IMG/VR virus record: IMGVR_UViG_3300010376_000079
Coordinates: 1 to 37,787 of that record
DNA from: a virus
Lineage: Duplodnaviria > Caudoviricetes
Strand: one strand, 5' to 3'
Length of the DNA: 37,787 nucleotides
How positions within the stretch are numbered: the stretch's first letter is position 1; each line of letters starts with the position of its first letter. The notes under the pieces were generated by a model that was not told the DNA's origin, ran no database searches, and saw only the letters and a list, made by a program, of their open reading frames with translations. Both the position numbers and the translations under genes were made by a program. This document shows, one piece after another, positions 1-7,419 of the stretch.

Positions 1-153
1 AAGAGTCGCGGCAAGGGGTCCGGGTCGCGGCTGCGCAAGTGGGTGTGTGGCTGCGGTGTGATCGCACGCGTCGCGAGCGACGACTTTCAGGCGACGTGCC
101 AGCGCTGCAACAGTGCGTTTGCACGCGGCGATGCAGAGGCGGCGGCGGCATGA
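1..153 (+). CDS. 5'-truncated protein ending in a zinc ribbon, possibly the C-terminus of a SprT-like protein
   Basis: Frame 1 reads KSRGKGSGSRLRKWVCGCGVIARVASDDFQATCQRCNSAF...*, with CxC and CxxC. The stop overlaps the next ATG (ATGA). Not in the ORF track. Confidence 0.6.
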   Translation, partial: KSRGKGSGSRLRKWVCGCGVIARVASDDFQATCQRCNSAFARGDAEAAAA

Positions 154-359
154 CACAGGCGACGACGGTCGGACGGGTAGCCACGTCTACAGGCATGTGG
201 ACGGGCTACCCCGTCGTCATCACGGCAGGGGTCTACGCGGGACGCTGGGGGTGGGTGGTCGATTCGAGGGAGGAGTGGCTGACCATCGCCGTGCCCACCC
301 GGCGCCGGCATTTGAAGGTGCATTCCACCGACGTGATAGGCGTCCGGATGGTAGCTTGA
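150..359 (+). CDS. Small KOW/SH3-like protein
   Basis: ATG at 150 is coupled to the upstream stop. GYPVVITAGVYAGRWGWVV resembles a KOW motif. Confidence 0.55.
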   Translation: MTQATTVGRVATSTGMWTGYPVVITAGVYAGRWGWVVDSREEWLTIAVPTRRRHLKVHSTDVIGVRMVA

Positions 360-383
360 CACTGGGGTTAGGGTGGTTAGGTT
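356..383 (+). promoter_or_regulatory. Early promoter, repeat copy 1
   Basis: TTGACA-N16-TAGGTT containing the shared TAGGGTGGTTAG box. RBS AAGGAGGGA follows. Confidence 0.7.
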
Positions 384-404
384 AGGGAACGACAAGGAGG
401 GACG

Positions 405-569
405 ATGCCCAAGCAAGGTTTGACCGACGAGGAACGCCGCGAAGCCCGAGACGCAGAGGCACGGGCAATGGGGCTGTGCTGCTATCTACACGCCTTCAAC
501 ACGGCGGACGGGACGCATCCGGAGTGGGAGTGCAATTGCCCACACTGCGACAAGGAGGGACAGCGATGA
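405..569 (+). CDS. Small Cys/His-rich protein (54 aa)
   Basis: Strong RBS. MPKQGLTDEERR...LCCYLH...ECNCPHCDKEGQR*. Stop overlaps the next start. Not in the ORF track. Confidence 0.7.
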   Translation: MPKQGLTDEERREARDAEARAMGLCCYLHAFNTADGTHPEWECNCPHCDKEGQR

Positions 570-742
570 TCAGTGAGACGAAATGTGCATGCGGCTCCGG
601 CCACCACAGGCATGCGCTCTACGACGGCTACGGGATTTTCCTCTGCTACGCGTGCGACGCGTGCGAGGCTAGGAGGCTCGCAGGGTATCGCCCGGACATC
701 GGAGAGCGGTACGACTGTGACGAGCCGATTGACGAAGACTGA
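566..742 (+). CDS. Small zinc-finger-like protein (58 aa)
   Basis: RBS AAGGAGGGA. MISETKCACGSG...LYDGYGIFLCYACDAC. Confidence 0.75.
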   Translation: MISETKCACGSGHHRHALYDGYGIFLCYACDACEARRLAGYRPDIGERYDCDEPIDED

Positions 743-757
743 TAGGGTGGTTAGATA
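729..757 (+). promoter_or_regulatory. Early promoter, repeat copy 2
   Basis: TTGACG-N17-TAGATA with TAGGGTGGTTAG. Confidence 0.65.
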
Positions 758-782
758 CGCACACACAAGGAGGGACTAGACA

Positions 783-1019
783 ATGTTTGATCTGGGAATC
801 AAGAGCATCAGCGGGACCGGAAATCAGGCGGATTTTACGTGCGGCTGCTTCTACGACAACAACGCCGGCGTGGCGGGGTACGCGCTCTTTACGTGTCCTC
901 AGAAGCATTTCCAGGCGCACGCGGATCGGCAGGCGTTCCGCGACCACACGCGCACGCACAAGCGACGGCGCAAGGCGTGCAAGTTTTGCCAGGGCGCAGC
1001 GGCGCCGGAGGGGATATGA
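783..1019 (+). CDS. Small Cys/His-rich hypothetical protein
   Basis: RBS AAGGAGGGA. CxC, CxxH and CxxC motifs. Confidence 0.7.
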   Translation: MFDLGIKSISGTGNQADFTCGCFYDNNAGVAGYALFTCPQKHFQAHADRQAFRDHTRTHKRRRKACKFCQGAAAPEGI

Positions 1020-1306
1020 CGATCGAGCTCGATGAGGCGGATCTGGAGCGTTTAATCGAGGCGCTCGACTCGCATGAGTATTGGCAGTTGAGCGACGAGA
1101 GCGAACGCCATTCGGGGTACGTGATCCTGCCAGGGGATCTCAGCGAGGAAGGCGAGCCGGTCGAGGATCTCGACGCGGAGAACCATGATGAGATACGCGC
1201 CTGCCGCGCGCTAGCCGAGCGATTGCAGGCGATCCGGGCGAAGCTGCGGCAGAAACGGAAAGAGGAATTGGCGCGGGATAAGGCAGAGCTCAAGGGAGGA
1301 GCGTAA
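1016..1306 (+). CDS. Hypothetical protein (96 aa)
   Basis: RBS GGAGGGG and ATGA overlap place the start at MTIELDEAD. Confidence 0.75.
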   Translation: MTIELDEADLERLIEALDSHEYWQLSDESERHSGYVILPGDLSEEGEPVEDLDAENHDEIRACRALAERLQAIRAKLRQKRKEELARDKAELKGGA

Positions 1307-1605
1307 TGGCAGCTAAACGGGGAGACGCGTGGCGCAGCGTGCTCACGCCCGAGGAACGCGACGCGCTCGACGAGTTGACCGGCGCCACGCGTGCAAACGA
1401 GGAGCCGAGGTACAAGGTGCCGACGTCGGCGGAGTTGGCATATTTCTTGCGCGAGCTCTCCGCCGAATTGTATGCAGCGGCGCAGCTAGACCGGAAGCCG
1501 GGGAAGGTGCAACGCGTCAAGTGGAACGTCTACGCGTCGCACGCCGAGGCCATCGCGGCAGTGCTCGATGGGACCGCACGCAGCGTGCCGGGGGACAAGG
1601 TTTGA
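1306..1605 (+). CDS. Hypothetical protein
   Basis: RBS GGAGG and TAATG coupling. Confidence 0.75.
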   Translation: MAAKRGDAWRSVLTPEERDALDELTGATRANEEPRYKVPTSAELAYFLRELSAELYAAAQLDRKPGKVQRVKWNVYASHAEAIAAVLDGTARSVPGDKV

Positions 1606-1629
1606 CTTCTCTGCTAGTGTGGTTAGGGT
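1602..1629 (+). promoter_or_regulatory. Early promoter, repeat copy 3
   Basis: TTGACT-N16-TAGGGT with TAGTGTGGTTAG. Confidence 0.7.
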
Positions 1630-1644
1630 AGGGTACGCCCGCAG

Positions 1645-1721
1645 CGGAAGCTGCTCTCTCCGTACCGGGACGCCGGAAACGCTAGCGACGGGGAGAGTGG
1701 CTTTCGGTGCGACGACGCACC
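1645..1721 (+). ncRNA. Candidate structured RNA leader
   Basis: A 19-bp stem (1645-1663 with 1688-1706, four G-U pairs) encloses a CCGG-GACG-CCGG hairpin. A GGTGCG-ACGA-CGCACC hairpin follows just before the RBS. Confidence 0.45.
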
Positions 1722-1742
1722 ACACCAAAAAAGGAGAAAGCG

Positions 1743-2171
1743 ATGGGACTAGACCAGTACGCCTACACGACGACACGGGAGGACGCGGTCGGCGCGTTCG
1801 CCAACACGGAAGACCATGAGGGGACGGATACGCTCATCCATACGTGGCGGAAGCATCCGGATCTGCACGGCTGGATGGAGCGTCTCTATGAGGCAAAGGG
1901 CGGCGCCGGCGTCCAGATAGACACCGACGCGGACGGCGTTCAGCATCAGTGCATGGGGGACGAATTCAACGCCGGTCAGGCCGTGGCGCTCGACGCGGGG
2001 GATCTGGACAAGCTGGAGGAAGCGGTGCGTGCAAACGCGCTGCCGACGACGCGCGGCTTCTTCTTCGGGGAGTCGGTTCCCGAGGACAAGGCGAGCGATC
2101 TCGAGTTTTTGAAGAAGGCTCGAGAGGCGCTCGAGAAAGGACTCAGGGTCTACTACACGTCGTGGTGGTAA
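1743..2171 (+). CDS. Conserved phage hypothetical protein (MGLDQY...WRKH...GFFFG...YYxSWW family)
   Basis: RBS AAGGAG. Motifs of a widespread phage family of unknown function. Confidence 0.85.
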   Translation: MGLDQYAYTTTREDAVGAFANTEDHEGTDTLIHTWRKHPDLHGWMERLYEAKGGAGVQIDTDADGVQHQCMGDEFNAGQAVALDAGDLDKLEEAVRANALPTTRGFFFGESVPEDKASDLEFLKKAREALEKGLRVYYTSWW

Positions 2172-2194
2172 GTCTTCGCTCGATCAGCCACCAC

Positions 2195-2228
2195 GGGGCG
2201 GACGGGGGAATGGTCCCCCGTCCGTTTT
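2195..2228 (+). terminator. Probable intrinsic terminator
   Basis: GCGGACGGGGGA-ATGG-TCCCCCGTCCGT stem with a short T tract after the stop at 2171. Confidence 0.65.
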
Positions 2229-2254
2229 CGCGTTTCCACAAGGAGGGACTAGAG

Positions 2255-2632
2255 ATGGCATTTGGCTGGAGAAGTACCGCGCCACCGGGGACGCGGAAGA
2301 TAAAGGCGGCGGTGGCGCTGGGCTATCAGGCGCCGGCGCCGACGCGGGTCGCGGATCGGCTGACCGACGACGACGCCAGACGGATCGCGGAAGCTGTGGC
2401 GGCGGGGCTCGCAGGGGGCATCATTTCGGTGCTGATGACGGCGGTCTGGCTGTTCATCGCGCTCCCGATTCTCATCTTTGGCGTCGCGCCGGTGCTCATC
2501 TTCCTGATTGGTGGGGCGCTCGATCAGGCGGCGAATGCGATTCCACGGGCGACGCTCGACATCGGGACCGGGGTCGCGGGGCTCGCCGTCGCGCTCTGGC
2601 TGGGCGTGCGCTGGCTTGTCAAGCGGCGATAG
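2255..2632 (+). CDS. Membrane protein with 2-3 predicted TM helices
   Basis: RBS AAGGAGGGA. Long hydrophobic segments and a C-terminal KRR. Confidence 0.75.
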   Translation: MAFGWRSTAPPGTRKIKAAVALGYQAPAPTRVADRLTDDDARRIAEAVAAGLAGGIISVLMTAVWLFIALPILIFGVAPVLIFLIGGALDQAANAIPRATLDIGTGVAGLAVALWLGVRWLVKRR

Positions 2633-2644
2633 TGTGGTTATCTA
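2616..2644 (+). promoter_or_regulatory. Early promoter, repeat copy 4
   Basis: TTGTCA-N17-TATCTA with TAGTGTGGTTA. Confidence 0.55.
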
Positions 2645-2662
2645 TTGGCTACGGAGGGACTG

Positions 2663-2986
2663 ATGCGATTCAAGACGACGATCGAGTTGGATGTCGATGT
2701 CGAGTTTTCGGCAGAGGCGAGCGAGCCGGATGTGGGCTATGTCGGCGGGGTGACGCTGGAGCGGGTGACGTTTCCGAAGGTGCTCCCAGAGGTGGGGGGC
2801 TGGACGCTCGATCCGACGGATCTTCCGGAGGATGTCCAAGCGGCGCTCACGCGGGACGTGACGGAGTATCTCGAAGATCAGGCGACGGAGCGTGCAAACG
2901 ACGAAGCGGAGCGCCGGCGCGATGCAGAGCTCGACGAGTATTACGATCGCGAGCTCCATCTGAGAGACAGAGGGAGAGATCGGTGA
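2663..2986 (+). CDS. Acidic hypothetical protein
   Basis: RBS GGAGGGA. Start MRFKTTIELD. Confidence 0.75.
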   Translation: MRFKTTIELDVDVEFSAEASEPDVGYVGGVTLERVTFPKVLPEVGGWTLDPTDLPEDVQAALTRDVTEYLEDQATERANDEAERRRDAELDEYYDRELHLRDRGRDR

Positions 2987-3312
2987 TGGCAACGGTACGC
3001 ATGACGAATCGACGCTGGACGACACGCACGGTCGCCGGCGTCGAGTTGCATATTGGAGAGCACGCCGGCCAGGTCGAATGGGTCGGCGTCATCGAGGGAG
3101 AGGAGTGGCATTTCTTCGAGGAGGGGCGGACCTTGGCGAAGCGTCCGTTCACCAAACGCTGGCAAGGGTACACGGCGGACCATCTGACGGGCGCACGCAG
3201 CGTCAGTCTGACGAAGCTGGTCACCTGGGTCCTCGAGCATCGCGCCGAGTGGCGCGCCAAGCTGCGGGTACGCAGGGGGGCCGGGACACGCATGGTGGAT
3301 CCGGCGGCTTGA
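2986..3312 (+). CDS. Hypothetical protein
   Basis: TGATG coupling. Start MATVRMTNRRW. Confidence 0.7.
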   Translation: MATVRMTNRRWTTRTVAGVELHIGEHAGQVEWVGVIEGEEWHFFEEGRTLAKRPFTKRWQGYTADHLTGARSVSLTKLVTWVLEHRAEWRAKLRVRRGAGTRMVDPAA

Positions 3313-3337
3313 CAATCTGATACTGTGGCTTTACTGA
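3309..3337 (+). promoter_or_regulatory. Early promoter, degenerate copy 5
   Basis: TTGACA followed by TACTGTGGCTTTACT in an intergenic gap. Confidence 0.5.
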
Positions 3338-3360
3338 GAGCACTACGAAAGCGAGGGACT

Positions 3361-3756
3361 ATGGAAACCCATCTGCATCTGCCGACTGCGACACCGCCCA
3401 AGTGTGACTTTTGCTCCGGGCGTCCCGTCGTCGCGTGTTTCATCGCGTCGGACGCCAAGCTGGAATTCGAGATCGACGGCGAGGGGACACCGACGGGCGC
3501 GTTCAAACGCGTCACCTTGAGCTCGAGCTCGCATTGGGGGGCGTGCGAGGCGTGCGCGGACATCGTGCGAAGCTGGGACAAGGAGGACCGGAGCCACGTC
3601 GCGCAGGGCGCCATGTATCAACGGTGCCTGGATTCTGCGCCGCCCGAGATACGCAATTCCGCATCGGGGATCGCGTCGCTCTACCTGATTCAGGATCAGA
3701 TGTTCTGGTCGGTCTTTCAGGGCGTCGAGCACAGTGTGGAGGAGGCTCATGAATAG
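3361..3756 (+). CDS. Zinc-binding hypothetical protein
   Basis: RBS GAGGGA. CDFC and WGACEAC motifs. Confidence 0.75.
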   Translation: METHLHLPTATPPKCDFCSGRPVVACFIASDAKLEFEIDGEGTPTGAFKRVTLSSSSHWGACEACADIVRSWDKEDRSHVAQGAMYQRCLDSAPPEIRNSASGIASLYLIQDQMFWSVFQGVEHSVEEAHE

Positions 3757-4270
3757 CAAACAGCGTAAAAGTTTAGACGCGTTGCTGGACGGGATGGCGG
3801 AGACCGGGGAGCAACTCATCAGCGAAGGGCATGAGCACGCCGCGACGTTGTTCGGGCTGGAGCTCCGGGGCGAGAAATGGTGCGTCGTCGAGGTGGCGCT
3901 GGTCCCGATTGCCGATGCCAGCGTCAAGGATGCGCTCGCGGAGGTGATGCGGAAGATCGTCGCGCCCTTCGATGCCTACATCTATCTGAACGAGGCGTGG
4001 ATGGTGGTGGCGAAGACCAAGGAGGAATGCGAAGCGATCATCGAGAGCGGGACACCGATCAAGGACCATCCCGCGCGAATCGAGTCGTTTAATCTCCATT
4101 TCGTCTCGAAGCTGGGCGATCAAGTGTTCCGGGACTACGAGATCATCCGGGATGCCAAGGAAAAGACCGCGACGCTGGGGCCAAAGCGGGAGACGGTGAA
4201 TCCGATGGACGGGCGGTTTGCTAATTTCTACGACACCGACGACGTCGCCGTTCCCCGAGGCAGCGCATGA
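3749..4270 (+). CDS. Hypothetical protein
   Basis: RBS GGAGG. Start MNSKQRK. Contains YIYLNEAW. Confidence 0.75.
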   Translation: MNSKQRKSLDALLDGMAETGEQLISEGHEHAATLFGLELRGEKWCVVEVALVPIADASVKDALAEVMRKIVAPFDAYIYLNEAWMVVAKTKEECEAIIESGTPIKDHPARIESFNLHFVSKLGDQVFRDYEIIRDAKEKTATLGPKRETVNPMDGRFANFYDTDDVAVPRGSA

Positions 4271-4638
4271 GTCGGTTAAACGAGAGTCGGCTCTGCCGTG
4301 CGACCGGGACGCATTCCTGGCACCTGGTGGGGCCGATTGTCGTCCTCGCGTCGGAGGGCCGGCGCGTCACGCTCGAGTGCGCACGGTGCGGGACGGTACG
4401 CATCGACGTCTGGTCGCGCCGCCACGGCGGCATCGAGCGACGGGGCTATCAGCGCCTCGCGGAGTACGCAGCCTATCTCAAAGACCACAACCGGGACGCA
4501 GCACGTTTAGACATCTTAGACAATACAAGAGAGGTTAAGGATGAAAGTAAGTACCCTCGCCTGCGACTTGTGCAAGGGCGTCGTTCCCGCCGTCGTCACG
4601 CTGTCGCTGACAAGCGACGACACGCCGCGAAAGGGTGA
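4267..4638 (+). CDS. Zinc-binding hypothetical protein
   Basis: ATGA coupling. CRATGTHSW and LECARCGTVRID. The 3' end overlaps the next gene by 98 nt. Confidence 0.7.
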   Translation: MSRLNESRLCRATGTHSWHLVGPIVVLASEGRRVTLECARCGTVRIDVWSRRHGGIERRGYQRLAEYAAYLKDHNRDAARLDILDNTREVKDESKYPRLRLVQGRRSRRRHAVADKRRHAAKG

Positions 4639-5095
4639 TCCAGCAATCGACGTGTGCAAGGGGCATCTGGCAGAGCTCCGGGCGGCCTTCACCCCGCGCA
4701 AACGCGGGAAGCTGAAGACGGCGCTGGGGCGCGCACGGGTACGCAGCACGCAGGCGCGACTGGCCGGCGTCCAGGCGAAGCGCGAACGCGAGCGGGAGCG
4801 CCATCAGCAGAACGCACCGACGAAGCGGGACGCAGCGCGGGCGTTCATCGACCACGCGATCCTGGCCGCGATCCCGATGGGGGAGCGCACCGCCCGCGAC
4901 GCGATCTTGAAGCGCACCAAGTTAACCGTGGCGGTGTATGCTAAGGGAATCAACCGGCTGGTCGAGCAAGGCTTCGTCGAGGCGTATGGGCCGAAATCCA
5001 AGATGCGGCGGTACGAGCGGACCGTGAGGGGAGACCGATGGGAAGCGAACCAGAAGACGATACCAGCGTCGAACGCGTCTTCACCCCAGGGATGA
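4541..5095 (+). CDS. Putative DNA-bridging protein: Zn-type Lsr2-like N-terminal domain, basic linker and winged helix
   Basis: The N-terminus aligns by eye with the Lsr2 dimerisation domain (KVSTLACDLCKG...IDVCKGHLAELRAAF). The C-terminus has a wHTH pattern (ILAAI...RDAILKRTKL...GINRLVEQGFVEAYG...RRY). RBS GAGAGG. Confidence 0.55.
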   Translation: MKVSTLACDLCKGVVPAVVTLSLTSDDTPRKGDPAIDVCKGHLAELRAAFTPRKRGKLKTALGRARVRSTQARLAGVQAKRERERERHQQNAPTKRDAARAFIDHAILAAIPMGERTARDAILKRTKLTVAVYAKGINRLVEQGFVEAYGPKSKMRRYERTVRGDRWEANQKTIPASNASSPQG

Positions 5096-5328
5096 AGCGG
5101 CGGTCGGTTGTCCGTGTGCTCAAGAATGCGATGCATGATGCGCAACGCGAGCTCGGCACCGATCGCGTCGTCGGCATTTTCGGCATCGTCGTCCGGGAGG
5201 ATGGGACGGCGAGTCTCTTGTCGGCGGTCACCACCGACGAGCTCCGGATCGTGATGAAGGCGATCCCCGAGGCGCTCCACAAGATCGCGATCGAGATCAC
5301 GACGGGGAGGCGGGAGATGGGGCAATGA
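5038..5328 (+). CDS. Hypothetical protein
   Basis: RBS GAGGGG before 5038. An alternative coupled start lies at 5092. Confidence 0.65.
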   Translation: MGSEPEDDTSVERVFTPGMKRRSVVRVLKNAMHDAQRELGTDRVVGIFGIVVREDGTASLLSAVTTDELRIVMKAIPEALHKIAIEITTGRREMGQ

Positions 5329-5495
5329 GAACGAAAGCGCCGGCGCGCTGGACGTTCCGAGGGTGGGAGGAGGTGATCGAAACCTACAATCGGATGGCGA
5401 CGCATCTGCTGTGGGAGGAGCTCGTCACGCTGCACTCGAAGATGGCGGAGATCCACGCGATCTTGGAGCGGCGGACGAAGGGAGCGGAGGAATGA
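5325..5495 (+). CDS. Small hypothetical protein (56 aa)
   Basis: ATGA overlaps at both ends. MRTKAPARWTFRGWEEV...KGAEE*. Not in the ORF track. Confidence 0.65.
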   Translation: MRTKAPARWTFRGWEEVIETYNRMATHLLWEELVTLHSKMAEIHAILERRTKGAEE

Positions 5496-5806
5496 AGGCG
5501 CGAGTGAAACGCAAGAAGCCGATCCGGCGCGTCGTCGTCGAGAGCGGATGTCTCGCGGAGGCGCTCAAGAATGCGCACCGGATCGTGGGCGAGCTCGGCG
5601 CGGCGATCGTGGCGATGCATGCCACCGCACGCGACGCGGGGCTGCTGGTCGATGTCGAGTGCGAGATCCCGAGTGACGAGGTAGACGCCATCCGCGACAA
5701 GATCGGGGCGATCATCCTCTGTCTATCGCCGGCGGCGCGCTATACCATGCCGACGCTCTTGGCGATGGCGGCAGATGATGATGCACAAGAGGAGGTTGCG
5801 CACTGA
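5492..5806 (+). CDS. Hypothetical protein
   Basis: ATGA coupling. Start MKARVKRKK. Confidence 0.7.
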   Translation: MKARVKRKKPIRRVVVESGCLAEALKNAHRIVGELGAAIVAMHATARDAGLLVDVECEIPSDEVDAIRDKIGAIILCLSPAARYTMPTLLAMAADDDAQEEVAH

Positions 5807-6054
5807 TGACTGACGTGAATCTGGCCGGGACCGTCTACATGGGGGCGAAGCGGCTCGTGCGTTTAACCGAGGCGATTGCCTGGCTCGAGGATCGCAAGGA
5901 GCAGATCGTGGACATCGGCATGGCGACGCAGGACGGGACGACGGGCGTCACCGTGTGTCCCGTGTCGCGGACGAAGCTCTTGGAGCTTCTGCGAGCCGAG
6001 GAGGCGTTCGTGGGACATCAGCTGGCCCGCATGACGCAGGGCGCCTACGCGTGA
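5806..6054 (+). CDS. Hypothetical protein
   Basis: RBS GGAGG and TGATG coupling. Confidence 0.7.
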   Translation: MTDVNLAGTVYMGAKRLVRLTEAIAWLEDRKEQIVDIGMATQDGTTGVTVCPVSRTKLLELLRAEEAFVGHQLARMTQGAYA

Positions 6055-6398
6055 AGACCGGCTGGCTCGCCCGGGAGCGGAAGCGGAGAGCGAAGTTGGA
6101 CGAGGATAAACGTTTACGCGAGGTGGTCCATCGGGTGGCGTTGGCGCTGGGCGAGGTGAAGGTGGTCGAGCGGCGGAAGGACGGCGTCGTCCTTGATCGC
6201 GCCGTCGCCAATAAGGATGCCCTGGTACGCGCACGGCGGGCGTACCGCACGGCGGCGACGGCGATCGGCGCGGTACGCATCGCGGCAGGGACCGCGACCG
6301 GGCGCACGCCGCTCGATCGGGAGCGCCGCGTCGTCTTGGAGTGCATGCGCCGGTTGACCGGGCTCGAGCGCGAGCTGACGGAGCTCGAGCGGCTGTAG
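6051..6398 (+). CDS. Basic helical hypothetical protein
   Basis: GTGA coupling. Arg-rich and coiled-coil-like. Confidence 0.6.
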   Translation: MKTGWLARERKRRAKLDEDKRLREVVHRVALALGEVKVVERRKDGVVLDRAVANKDALVRARRAYRTAATAIGAVRIAAGTATGRTPLDRERRVVLECMRRLTGLERELTELERL

Positions 6399-6427
6399 CC
6401 AAAGTGTTACTGTGGTCGTGAAATAGG

Positions 6428-6462
6428 TTGACACATCCCCCGTGATTTCATAGACGGGGGAT
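6428..6462 (+). promoter_or_regulatory. Possible promoter with a 9-bp inverted repeat covering the RBS
   Basis: TTGACA-N17-TAGACG. ATCCCCCGT (6435-6443) pairs with ACGGGGGAT (6454-6462). Confidence 0.45.
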
Positions 6463-7050
6463 ATGACGACGGTCGAGGCAGCCAGGGAGACGAGCCCGCT
6501 CCCGGTGAAGAAGCTGGTCGGGTTGATCCGGCTCGAGTGGGAGAATCTGGAGGGGGATCAGCGGGGCCGCTTCGTGCGCATCGGCACGCTCCTCTCGGAG
6601 CTCCGCCCCCAGGTCCCGCCGAGGAAATGGGGCCGGTTCGTCGCGGCGACGTTCCCGTTCTCCCTCCATAGCGCGACCCGCTACGAGCGGTTCGCTGCGC
6701 AGACGGAGCGGGCGCGGGCGACGGGGGGAACGGGGCCACGGCGGCTCTCGGACGTCGATCCCCCGCGTCAAGCGGCCCGTCCGCATCATCAGGCGAAGTC
6801 GTTCGCGTCCCATCAGGAGGAGCGCGAGCGCATCCGCCGGTTTTTCGATGCGAACCAGCGTTTACACGCGGAGCGCGTGAACGGGGCCGGGGAGCGCGAG
6901 CTCGAGGTCGCGGTGGCGAACCAGATCATCGACGTCGGGTATCGGACCTTGGCGCGGGAGACGCATCCCGATCGCGGGGGCTCGGACGCGGCGATGGTCC
7001 GGCTGTCGGCGGCGCGGGATCGGCTGCGACGCGGGCTCCGGCTGACGTGA
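6463..7050 (+). CDS. DUF3102-like domain fused to a truncated J-domain
   Basis: IGTLLSELRPQV...WGRFV...F.FS...ATRY pattern. C-terminal YRTLARETHPDRGGSDAAMVRLSAARDRL contains the HPD motif. Confidence 0.7.
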   Translation: MTTVEAARETSPLPVKKLVGLIRLEWENLEGDQRGRFVRIGTLLSELRPQVPPRKWGRFVAATFPFSLHSATRYERFAAQTERARATGGTGPRRLSDVDPPRQAARPHHQAKSFASHQEERERIRRFFDANQRLHAERVNGAGERELEVAVANQIIDVGYRTLARETHPDRGGSDAAMVRLSAARDRLRRGLRLT

Positions 7051-7096
7051 ACGATGTCCCCTGGCAGGTGGCCAGGGGGAGACGAGGGAGGGTATC

Positions 7097-7348
7097 ATGG
7101 CAGATGAGACCGAGGAGTTTGTCACGATGACCGTGAAACTGCCGGCGGGGAAGAAGAAGGTCGCGAAGATCCTGGCGATCATGCTCGACACCACGCTCGG
7201 CAGGCTGGGGGGCGGCGCCGTCGAGGCGCGGCTCGACCAGGAGGCGCCCGAATTCACCCAGACGGTGACGGGCTTGATCGCGGGGGCACGGGAGCGCGCG
7301 GGCATCACGGCGCCGGCGCCGGCGATCGAGGAGCCGAAGGCCAGCTAG
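7097..7348 (+). CDS. Possible ribbon-helix-helix DNA-binding protein
   Basis: RBS GGAGGG. An alternating beta strand (FVTMTVKLP) is followed by two helices. Confidence 0.5.
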   Translation: MADETEEFVTMTVKLPAGKKKVAKILAIMLDTTLGRLGGGAVEARLDQEAPEFTQTVTGLIAGARERAGITAPAPAIEEPKAS

Positions 7349-7371
7349 TCAGCAACACGGTTCGGAGTACC

Positions 7372-7410
7372 GGGGCCGGTCGCTCGAGAGGGCTGCCGGC
7401 CCTCTTTTTT
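7372..7410 (+). terminator. Intrinsic terminator ending the early region
   Basis: GGGCCGG..GCTC-GAGA-GGGC..CCGGCCC followed by TCTTTTTT. Confidence 0.8.
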
Positions 7411-7419
7411 CCTAGCAGC

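Noticed and set aside
364-387. TTAGGG telomere-like repeats
   Set aside because: Only two imperfectly spaced copies, explained by the repeated promoter box. A weak G-quadruplex cannot be excluded.
1645-1721. Hammerhead ribozyme or tRNA
   Set aside because: GAAAC is present but the CUGANGA core is not, and there is no cloverleaf or T-loop.
1743-2171. Phosphoglycerate kinase label that I recall being attached to this family
   Set aside because: At 142 aa it is far too short and shows no PGK motifs.
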